Source of the DNA: an uncultured Gammaproteobacteria bacterium
Lineage (GTDB): Bacteria; Patescibacteriota; Microgenomatia; Daviesbacterales; UBA10151
Reading direction: 5' to 3'
DNA length: 64,000 nucleotides
Assembly (NCBI GenBank): GCA_964394855.1
Contig: CAYMZD010000001.1
Coordinates: 40,340 to 104,339 of the forward strand
Below are positions 18,682-26,400 of the stretch, in pieces (the stretch's first letter is position 1; every line of letters begins with the position of its first letter). Below the pieces are notes generated by a model. It saw only the letters and a list, made by a program, of their open reading frames with translations. It had not been told where the DNA came from and did no database searches. The position numbers were made by a program, and so were the translations under genes.

Positions 18682-18758
18682 GGACTCGTAGCTCAGTTGG
18701 CTAGAGCGACCCCTTGACGTGGGGTAGGTCAGAGGTTCAAGTCCTCTCGAGTCCACCA
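18682..18758 (+). tRNA. tRNA-Val (anticodon GAC), CCA encoded
   Basis: Same acceptor, D and T arms as tRNA-Val(TAC). Anticodon stem ACCCC/GGGGT with loop TTGACGT. Confidence 0.85.
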
Positions 18759-18785
18759 AAATGTGATATGTGATAAGATATTTAT

Positions 18786-19022
18786 ATGACAGAGGAAATT
18801 GAAAAACATTTATCTGCCAATATGAACTTAAGTAAAAAACAGATTATGCTGGCCAATTTTTTGGGAGGATTTTCCTGGGGAGTAGGATCAGTCATTGGCG
18901 CTTCAGTGGTAGTGGCCATTATCGGGACCATTTTGACCAAAATGGGAGTTTTCTCTGCTATTGGGGGGTTTTTTGAACAATTAAATGCTTTAAAAAACCT
19001 GCCTCAAGTCCCGAATTTATAA
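18786..19022 (+). CDS. Small membrane protein (hypothetical)
   Basis: 78 aa with two TM helices. Confidence 0.35.
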   Translation: MTEEIEKHLSANMNLSKKQIMLANFLGGFSWGVGSVIGASVVVAIIGTILTKMGVFSAIGGFFEQLNALKNLPQVPNL

Positions 19023-19031
19023 ATAGTAAAA

Positions 19032-19517
19032 ATGGTTACTGAAGAAGAAAAACTAATAAAATTAAATTTAGGCGGTTTGGGGAATAGAGAAAAATTAGTA
19101 CTACAACAGGTATTTAGTGAAGATCAATCAGCAGCACAAGCAGCCAGAATCAGATTACAAATGGCCTGTATTACCAATCAAAAAAGAGTGGTGGAAAAAC
19201 TGGCCAGTAGCCTGACACCGAAAGAGATAGAAGAATTAACAGCCAAGGCCAAAGCTAATCTGCACCATTTAGCAACAGCAAATCAATTGTTGGTTGTTCA
19301 GGCTCACAGGAGAGAAGAACCACTACAGCTAAGTGAAGCTGGGAGGCCAATTTTTGTCCAAGCAGTCACCCTAGATTTAGATCGGGGGTTAGTCCATGTG
19401 AACCCAAGAAACCCAAATTTTGAAGCTGCTAAGTATGGTCAAATCGCCAAAGTCCTACAAGCTCTTGGCCTAGCCCCTTACCAACAAGCGCAAGTTAATG
19501 ACCTCACAAGTGTTTGA
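19032..19517 (+). CDS. Hypothetical protein
   Basis: ORF only. Confidence 0.35.
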   Translation: MVTEEEKLIKLNLGGLGNREKLVLQQVFSEDQSAAQAARIRLQMACITNQKRVVEKLASSLTPKEIEELTAKAKANLHHLATANQLLVVQAHRREEPLQLSEAGRPIFVQAVTLDLDRGLVHVNPRNPNFEAAKYGQIAKVLQALGLAPYQQAQVNDLTSV

Positions 19518-19546
19518 CAAATGATGCAGGATGAAGGGATTTTCTG

Positions 19547-20770
19547 ATGGATAAAAATCTAAAAGACCATAAACAAATAGGTCAAGAATTAGAATTATTT
19601 TTTACCCATGATATAGCTCCTGGAGCTCCTTTTTGGCTTCCTAGGGGTATGGTAATTTTTAAGGAGTTGGAAAAATATATCCGAGAACTAACTGAAAAAG
19701 CAGGATATTTGGAAACTTCAACACCAATTATGGTGAAATCCGAACTTTTTAGGCAGTCAGGTCATTGGGAAAAATTTGGTGAGCACAATATGTACAATCT
19801 TCAACTTTCGGATGAAGCAGATGACTCAAAACCAGTGGGTTATACTTTAAAGCCAATGAATTGCCCGGAGTCGACGATTATTTATAGATTTCGGCCCAGA
19901 AGTTATAAAGAATTACCTCTTAGGCTTTCGGAAATAGGCAGACTTCATCGCAGGGAAAAATCAGGCGAGGTTAACGGGTTGTTGCGGGTCCGCCAGCTAA
20001 CCATGGATGATGCACATATTTATGCTACAGAGGATCAGATTTTTGATGAAATTTCCAATATTTTAGATATGATGATGGAGTTTTATAAAAGCTTTGGATT
20101 TGAATACGAGTTTAGATTGGCAACAAGACCAGAAACAAGAGCCGGAACAGATGAAATGTGGGAGAAAGCGGAGAAGGCTCTTGCGGATGTTTTGAAGAAG
20201 AAGAGTATCAAAGCTGGAGATAAAATGGGTGACGGAGCATTTTATGGTCCTAAAATAGATGTGCATATTAAAGATGCTCAAGACAGGGAATGGCAACTTG
20301 CCACAGTTCAGCTTGATTTTCATCAGCCGGAGGCATTCAAATTAGAGTATATTGATGAAAAAGGCGGCAAACAAAGACCGGTGATGATCCATCGAGCCAT
20401 TTTCGGTTCTTTTGAAAGATTCATTGCTATTTTAACTGAACATTTTCAAGGGGCTTTTCCGGTGTGGCTTTCACCGATACAGGTGATGATAATTCCCATC
20501 ACAGAACGAAACAACGCCTATGCTAAAAAAATAGCTGATTCTCTAGTACATGAGAGTATTAGAGTAGAGGTAGACGAAAGAGCTGAAACCATGCAGGCTA
20601 AAATCAGGGACGCCCAGATGCAAAAAGTGCCTTACATGTTAATTGTGGGTGATAGGGAAGAAATTAAACAGAAGGTGGCTGTTCGCACCAGAGATACACA
20701 AGATCTGGGGACTATGCAACTTAATAAATTTTTAGATAAAATTAACAAGGAGGTTGAATCAAAGTCCTGA
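19547..20770 (+). CDS. thrS: Threonyl-tRNA synthetase, catalytic plus anticodon-binding domains only. The N-terminal TGS and editing domains are absent.
   Basis: Class II motifs (FRPRSYKELPLRLSEIGRLHRRE, RVRQLTMDDAHIY, FYGPKIDVHIKDAQDREWQLATVQLDF). Conserved thrS-infC-rpmI-rplT synteny. Confidence 0.8.
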   Translation: MDKNLKDHKQIGQELELFFTHDIAPGAPFWLPRGMVIFKELEKYIRELTEKAGYLETSTPIMVKSELFRQSGHWEKFGEHNMYNLQLSDEADDSKPVGYTLKPMNCPESTIIYRFRPRSYKELPLRLSEIGRLHRREKSGEVNGLLRVRQLTMDDAHIYATEDQIFDEISNILDMMMEFYKSFGFEYEFRLATRPETRAGTDEMWEKAEKALADVLKKKSIKAGDKMGDGAFYGPKIDVHIKDAQDREWQLATVQLDFHQPEAFKLEYIDEKGGKQRPVMIHRAIFGSFERFIAILTEHFQGAFPVWLSPIQVMIIPITERNNAYAKKIADSLVHESIRVEVDERAETMQAKIRDAQMQKVPYMLIVGDREEIKQKVAVRTRDTQDLGTMQLNKFLDKINKEVESKS

Positions 20771-20811
20771 ATCTGTTAAACTTAAGGCCAATTGATGGGA
20801 TAAAGCTCGTG

Positions 20812-20867
20812 ATGGACGATCCGATAGAGTATGCTGATCAGAAGAAAAAGGAGAGTTAGGATCGTCC
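20812..20867 (+). promoter_or_regulatory. Stem-loop with a 10-bp perfect stem (TGGACGATCC...GGATCGTCCA) in the infC leader. Candidate L20-type or IF3 autoregulatory element.
   Basis: Perfect 10-bp inverted repeat seen directly. A 36-nt loop carries AAGGAG. The stem ends 8 nt before the infC start. Confidence 0.4.
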
Positions 20868-20874
20868 AAAATAA

Positions 20875-21432
20875 ATGGGTAAGTTTTATAGACTAAACGA
20901 GCATATTCAGGCTTCAAAGTTAAGGGTTATTGACGGCGAAGGTACTCAACTGGGCCTTTTGACCAAGGACGAAGCGCTGAAAAAAGCTAAGGATCAGGAA
21001 TTGGATTTGGTTGAAGTAGCTCCTAATGCTGACCCACCTGTTGCTAGGATTGTAGATTTTCAAAAATTCAGGTATCAGGAAAATAAAAAAGAACACGCTG
21101 CCAAAAAGGGTGGAGAGGGGGAGTTAAAAGAGTTGTGGCTCTCACCCAGGATAGCAGAACATGATTTAAAAATTAGGTTAGATCATGCGCTTGAATTTTT
21201 GAAGGAAGGGCATAAGGTCAAGCTGACTGTCAAATTTAAAGGGCGGGAAATGGCCCATCCGGAATTCGGCCATTTAGTTCTGCAAAAAGCACTGGATTAT
21301 TTTGGCAGCAGTGCGGTGGTGGAAAGAGAAGCAAAATTCGAGGGAAGAAAACTGTCGATAATTGTGATAAAAAGTAAAAAATCACCAAAGGAGGAAGATG
21401 AAACAGCGATCCAAGATAAAACAAAAAACTAA
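20875..21432 (+). CDS. infC: Translation initiation factor IF-3
   Basis: RLNEHIQASKLRVIDGEGTQLG...DLVEVAPNADPPVARIVDFQKFRYQ matches the IF-3 N and C domains. Confidence 0.85.
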   Translation: MGKFYRLNEHIQASKLRVIDGEGTQLGLLTKDEALKKAKDQELDLVEVAPNADPPVARIVDFQKFRYQENKKEHAAKKGGEGELKELWLSPRIAEHDLKIRLDHALEFLKEGHKVKLTVKFKGREMAHPEFGHLVLQKALDYFGSSAVVEREAKFEGRKLSIIVIKSKKSPKEEDETAIQDKTKN

Positions 21433-21610
21433 AAAAGCAGTTGAAAAAAGAATAAAAATCACCTCTTCGGGAAAGATTTTAAGAAGACATCAGCTTGGTG
21501 CGGGGCATTTAAAAAGAAAAAAGACCAAAGGAGCACTACTCCGCCATAAAAAGATGAGGGAATTTTCCAAGGGAGATTTAAAGTCATTGAAAAAATTATT
21601 AAATCTATAA
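21398..21610 (+). CDS. rpmI: 50S ribosomal protein L35
   Basis: MKQRSKIKQKTKKAVEKRIKITSSGKILRR signature. Confidence 0.8.
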   Translation: MKQRSKIKQKTKKAVEKRIKITSSGKILRRHQLGAGHLKRKKTKGALLRHKKMREFSKGDLKSLKKLLNL

Positions 21611-21757
21611 CAGAAAAGATGGGCAGACAAACAAAAAATTTTAGACAAAGCGCCAAATCAATGTCAGGCTCAAAAGGAGCTCAAAATTTTGCCAAAATAA
21701 ATAGGAATGCATGGCATATGAAAGTTATAAATTTCCTAAAATTTAGAGGAAAAAATT

Positions 21758-22105
21758 ATGGCCAGAGTTAAACGAGGCGTTACATCACATCGAAGGCATA
21801 AAAAAGTTTTACAGCTTACCAAAGGTCATCGGGGTGGCCGGAGTAAGTTAATCAGGGAAGCAAAATCTTCGCTGTTACATGCCGGAGAGTACGCTTTTGC
21901 CGGCAGGAAACTTAGAAAAAGAGACATGAGAAGGCTTTGGATTTTGCAACTGGGAAATGCAGTTCGGGCAGAAGGCTTGAGCTATTCCAAATTCATTGCC
22001 TCCCTCAAGCTTAAAAATATTCAGCTTGATCGCAAGATCCTGGCTGATTTGGCAGTCAACCATCCAGAAGATTTCAAAAAAATAGTGGCTGTAACTAAAG
22101 AGTAG
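21758..22105 (+). CDS. rplT: 50S ribosomal protein L20
   Basis: MARVKRGVTSHRRHKKVLQLTKGHRGGRSKLIREAK signature. Confidence 0.9.
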   Translation: MARVKRGVTSHRRHKKVLQLTKGHRGGRSKLIREAKSSLLHAGEYAFAGRKLRKRDMRRLWILQLGNAVRAEGLSYSKFIASLKLKNIQLDRKILADLAVNHPEDFKKIVAVTKE

Positions 22106-22126
22106 ATTATGCTAATCTGGTAATTA

Positions 22127-23320
22127 GTGTTCTATCGCTCAATCTTGCATCACCGCCAATTTAGATACCTGGGTGCTTTTTATCTGCACTCCATAGTTCG
22201 TTTATTCGCTGTTTCAATTTTTCAGATTTTTAGTAGCATTTATATTTATCAATCTTTACGGGGATATGGTACGGAGACCCCCCAAGCCTTGGCGCTTACC
22301 TCGCTTTTTTTTGCTCTTACTTTTTTGGTACATGCTCTATCTATAGCACCATCGCTTTGGTTGATTAACAAAAAGGGGTTGCGTTTTTCCGTTTTTTGGG
22401 GCAACATTTTTCTGATCGGCTTTTTTCTGCTACTGTATTTGGGAAAATTTGATCCCATTTTTTTCATCATAGCCGCGGTTTTGGGAGGTTTGCAAATCGG
22501 ACTTTACTGGACCGCTTATCATATTTATTTTGCCGAACTAAGCGATGATTCAAAACAGGGAGAAGAAATCGGTATTAGTGTTTCTTTGTCTGCCATCGCC
22601 TCAATCGGCGGTCCAGCTTTCGGGGGTCTCCTGATCGGTTATGCTGGTTTTGGGGCGACTTTTCTGGTGATGACAATTTTAATCGGGCTGGCAGTTCTAC
22701 CTCTAAAATATCTACCCAAACAAAAAGATATTATCTCCATAGATATCCTGCAGACAGTCTTGGCCCTGGCTCCCAAAAAGGAAGCACGCAGCTACTTTGC
22801 TCTTTTCGGTTTTGCGGTAATTGATCTAGTGGGCGGTAATTTCTGGCCGCTTTTTGTCTTCCCTGCCTTGGCTGGATTTATCGGGGTTGGATTCATGGGT
22901 TCGCTGGTGGCCCTGGTGGCTACCGTTACCACCATTACTACCGGTTTCGTTATTGACCGATTAGGTGTAAAAAAAGTCTTGACTGTCTTATCTTCGCTGG
23001 ACTCCCTTACATGGATCATTAAACCCTTTGTGGTTACCCCCCTCCATATCTTCTCGGTAGCCGGTATCTCTGCTTTCACCACTGCCGGGCAGATGATGTC
23101 AGTTGATACCTTAGTTTATGAACGAGCCAGACATGAAAATCTGGTGGCCTATATCGTTCAGAGAGAAGTGGGTCTGGCTTTGAGTAAATTTATTTTTCTG
23201 CTTTTGATGGGTATATTATTTTGGTTTGGATTACCACTGGTATTCATTTTTGTGATGGCGGCTTTGGCCGCCCTGGGAACCAGATTATATCCAGAAGAAC
23301 CGCTGGCTACCATAAAATAA
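22127..23320 (+). CDS. MFS-type transporter
   Basis: About 12 predicted TM helices. No soluble-domain motif. Confidence 0.5.
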   Translation: MFYRSILHHRQFRYLGAFYLHSIVRLFAVSIFQIFSSIYIYQSLRGYGTETPQALALTSLFFALTFLVHALSIAPSLWLINKKGLRFSVFWGNIFLIGFFLLLYLGKFDPIFFIIAAVLGGLQIGLYWTAYHIYFAELSDDSKQGEEIGISVSLSAIASIGGPAFGGLLIGYAGFGATFLVMTILIGLAVLPLKYLPKQKDIISIDILQTVLALAPKKEARSYFALFGFAVIDLVGGNFWPLFVFPALAGFIGVGFMGSLVALVATVTTITTGFVIDRLGVKKVLTVLSSLDSLTWIIKPFVVTPLHIFSVAGISAFTTAGQMMSVDTLVYERARHENLVAYIVQREVGLALSKFIFLLLMGILFWFGLPLVFIFVMAALAALGTRLYPEEPLATIK

Positions 23321-23344
23321 CGAATTTGTGCTAGAATCAAGGCT

Positions 23345-24391
23345 GTGGAAGAAAAAATTTCTCAAATTCAAAAAAAGTTTTTAGAAAAGATTAAAGTGGC
23401 CCAGACTCTAAAAGAGCTGGATGAAATTTTTCTTGGACTTTTTGGGAAAAAAGGAGAGTTAACACTGCTGCCCAGGGAATTTCCCAAATTATCAGACGAG
23501 CAGCGCCGTAGTGTTGGACCTTTATTTAATTCTGTAAAGCAAAATTTGGAAGAAGAAATAGAAAAACGAAGGCAAGAAATTAGAGAAGAGGGATACAAAA
23601 AACTGGAAACAGAAAAGTTTACGCTGCAACCCTTAAGGTTGCCAGTTAAAAAAAGAAAAGGATTGATTCACCCCCTTGATCAATTTGAACAGGAAATTGT
23701 GGAACTATTTGCCAAAATCGGTTTCCAGCAATTTAGCGATGCTCCGGAAATTGACACTGATGAATATAACTTTGAGCTTCTCAATATACCAAAGGATCAT
23801 CCTGCAAGAGATCTCCAAGATACTCTGTATATAGCTACAAAAACTCAACAAGGCAAAGTACTTCTTCGAACCCAAACTTCAAATTCACAAGTCAGGATTT
23901 TAAGAAAGTATAAACCGCCCATTAGAATGATGGTTTTGGGTAGATGTTTTAGACATGAAAATCTGGATGCCAGACATGAGCACACCTTTGATCAATTCGA
24001 ATTAGTTTATGTTGATAAAAATTTAAGCATGGCTAATCTACAATATCTTTCGGAGTATTTTTTAAGGCATTTTCTAGGCAAAGATATTAAAGTTCGACTG
24101 CGCCCAAAATATTATCCTTTTGTGGAACCTGGAGTTGGCATTGATGGCTTGTGTATTTTTTGTAAAGGTCAAGGTTGTAAAGTCTGTGGAGGAGTGGGTT
24201 GGTTGGAAGTAGGCGGAGCCGGTATGATTCATCCTCAAATTTTAAGAAACGGTGGAATTAATCCCGATGAATATACCGGCATTGCATGGGGACCGGGACT
24301 GGAGCGAATTTTAATGCTAATGCATGGGGTAAACGATTTAAGGCTTTTTAGAAACGGAAATTTAAAGTTTTTGGAGCAATTTAAAAAATGA
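23345..24391 (+). CDS. pheS: Phenylalanyl-tRNA synthetase alpha subunit
   Basis: PARDLQDTLY, FRHENLDARHEHTFDQFE and YYPFVEPG...GWLEVGGAGMIHP motifs. Carries a Cys4 (CxxC-x4-CxxC) knuckle. Confidence 0.85.
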   Translation: MEEKISQIQKKFLEKIKVAQTLKELDEIFLGLFGKKGELTLLPREFPKLSDEQRRSVGPLFNSVKQNLEEEIEKRRQEIREEGYKKLETEKFTLQPLRLPVKKRKGLIHPLDQFEQEIVELFAKIGFQQFSDAPEIDTDEYNFELLNIPKDHPARDLQDTLYIATKTQQGKVLLRTQTSNSQVRILRKYKPPIRMMVLGRCFRHENLDARHEHTFDQFELVYVDKNLSMANLQYLSEYFLRHFLGKDIKVRLRPKYYPFVEPGVGIDGLCIFCKGQGCKVCGGVGWLEVGGAGMIHPQILRNGGINPDEYTGIAWGPGLERILMLMHGVNDLRLFRNGNLKFLEQFKK

Positions 24392-26034
24392 AAGTAAGTA
24401 TTAGTTGGTTAAAAGAATTGGTTGATTTAAAAGTTCCTGTTGAAGAACTGATAAGACTTTTGCCTCTTCGGACTATTGGCACCAAAGAAATTACAGATGA
24501 TTTTATAGAGCTAGATATGAAAGGCTATAACAGGGCTGATTTACTTTCCATGAGAGGAGTGGCTAGGGAAGTCGTTGCGATAACAGATTCAAAATTAAAT
24601 CTTAATGATGAGAAAACTGATTTTCCCGGTTTGCCAACAGTAGATGTAGATGTGCAAGATAAAAACCTTTGTCCTGTTTACTGCGTAGCAGCAATCGAAA
24701 ACCTTAAAGTTGAACACTCAAATGAGACATGGGTAAAAAAGTTATCCGACTGTGGAATACGCTCCATTAATAATGTGGCTGATGTTACCAATTTAGTGAT
24801 GCTGGAATATGGTCAACCCTTGCATGCTTTTGATGCCAGGGGGGTAAAAGACCAGGCAATTATTGTCCGGACAGCCGAAAAAGGAGAGAGAATAACTACA
24901 TTAGACGGGAAAACACGGGATTTAGATATTAGTGATTTATTAATAACTGATTCACAAAGTGCTTTAGGTTTGGCCGGAGTGATGGGAGGAAAAGATTCGG
25001 AAGTTTCTGATTCAACCACCGCAATTTTACTGGAAGCGGCCATTTTTGACCCGGTGTCTATTAGAAGAACCGCCCAAAGACATGGGCTTCCGTCTGAAGC
25101 TGCTAAAAGATTCCAGCATGGACTGACTAAAACTAATTTACTGCAGGCTTTAGCAGCAGCCATCAAAATGTATGAAAGCTTGGGTGGAAAATTAACCGCT
25201 ATCACGCTTATTGGTGACCTTGAAGATAAACCAAAAACCGTTAACCTCACTCAAGCAAAAATTAATTCTTTAATTGGGGTGGAAATATCACCCGAGCAGG
25301 TTGAAGAATACTTAAAAAGAGTGGGTGCCAACGTATCCCACCTGGAGGGTGGGTTAGCTTGGCACATTCTACCCCCTTATTGGAGGTTGGATATAGAAAT
25401 TGAGGAGGATTTAATTGAGGAGGTAGCCAGGATGTACGGGTATGAGAAAATTCCACCGCGAGAACTAGAAGGAGAGCTGCCCGAAAAAATTGACCAAAGT
25501 TTACCTAATTTCATTTATGATCTTAAAAAAACTCTCGCTGATGTTGGTCTAACTGAAGTACAAACCTATTCATTTTATTCAACAGATGTACTGAATAATC
25601 TGGAATGGAATAAGGAAAACTTGGTCAAAGTGGCTAATCCCATCTCATCTGAAACGCAGTATTTAAGAGATAATCTTTGGCCTAATCTTTTAGAAGTTGT
25701 GGCCAAAAATATCAAAAATGGTTTTAGGGATGTGGCCATTTTTGAAATAGGAAAAGTTTACCAGCCCCAACAAGATGATTTACCAAAAGAAAATTACAGA
25801 TTGTCCATAGCCGTAATGAATGGAACCGATAATCCATTACAAGAATTAAATCAAATTTACCAAGGTGTGAAGCTAGCACACCTCCAGGGTGTGCAGATGA
25901 AGAAAGAATATTTCCACCCGGTGAGGTTTTCTCCACCCCTAGCCGAAGTTCATCCCAGAATGGTTAATAAATTTGGTACAGACCAGCGAGTGGCCATTTT
26001 AGAGGTGGATTTTAATTCAATGATAGCGGCGTGA
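24388..26034 (+). CDS. pheT: Phenylalanyl-tRNA synthetase beta subunit, domain-reduced (548 aa). It lacks the N-terminal OB-fold and the C-terminal FDX-ACB domains.
   Basis: B3/4 region with NRADLLSMRGVAREV, B5 region with PPYWRLDIEIEEDLIEEVARMYGY, core region with FEIGKVY and HPRM. Coupled to pheS by a 4-nt overlap. Confidence 0.8.
   Translation: MKVSISWLKELVDLKVPVEELIRLLPLRTIGTKEITDDFIELDMKGYNRADLLSMRGVAREVVAITDSKLNLNDEKTDFPGLPTVDVDVQDKNLCPVYCVAAIENLKVEHSNETWVKKLSDCGIRSINNVADVTNLVMLEYGQPLHAFDARGVKDQAIIVRTAEKGERITTLDGKTRDLDISDLLITDSQSALGLAGVMGGKDSEVSDSTTAILLEAAIFDPVSIRRTAQRHGLPSEAAKRFQHGLTKTNLLQALAAAIKMYESLGGKLTAITLIGDLEDKPKTVNLTQAKINSLIGVEISPEQVEEYLKRVGANVSHLEGGLAWHILPPYWRLDIEIEEDLIEEVARMYGYEKIPPRELEGELPEKIDQSLPNFIYDLKKTLADVGLTEVQTYSFYSTDVLNNLEWNKENLVKVANPISSETQYLRDNLWPNLLEVVAKNIKNGFRDVAIFEIGKVYQPQQDDLPKENYRLSIAVMNGTDNPLQELNQIYQGVKLAHLQGVQMKKEYFHPVRFSPPLAEVHPRMVNKFGTDQRVAILEVDFNSMIAA
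25864..25893. repeat. REP-like element copy inside the pheT CDS (GGTGTGAAGCTAGCACACCTCCAGGGTGTG)
   Basis: About 28/30 identity to the REP at 40332-40360. Its 17-mer core is identical to 38744-38760. Confidence 0.7.
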
Positions 26035-26394
26035 TCTTCTCATTCTTAAACCCTCTATATTCCTGGAAGTATTAAAAGTATGAGTAACTGCTGGTAAAAT
26101 TTCTTCCAATAAACTTCTCTGAGGCCCATCAACCGAACTTAGTTCAGACACCACCAGATCATTAGCTTCTCTAGGGGAAGCTTGACCTGAAAATACTATC
26201 ATTCTTATTTTAAAAATTCTCTCCACCGGGCCTAATACCTCAATAAATCTATCGGGGAAGCCTTCAATTTTACCATTCAGTATTTGCTGAAAACGAAGCC
26301 ATGCGCTTTCCGGATTTGACTCTTCGTCTCTAAGCCTATCCAGCTCTTGAGCTAAACCGGTTTCTTTCAATCTACCAAATCTTTCAGTAACCAT
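26017..26394 (-). CDS. Hypothetical protein
   Basis: ORF only. Confidence 0.35.
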   Translation of the reverse strand: MVTERFGRLKETGLAQELDRLRDEESNPESAWLRFQQILNGKIEGFPDRFIEVLGPVERIFKIRMIVFSGQASPREANDLVVSELSSVDGPQRSLLEEILPAVTHTFNTSRNIEGLRMRRSRRYH

Positions 26395-26400
26395 TATTTT

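Noticed and set aside
23345-24391. Cys4 zinc-knuckle insertion in PheS (CIFCKGQGCKVCGG) as a novelty
   Set aside because: A similar tetracysteine segment is recalled in Firmicute PheS proteins at the same position. It is probably ancestral, not novel.
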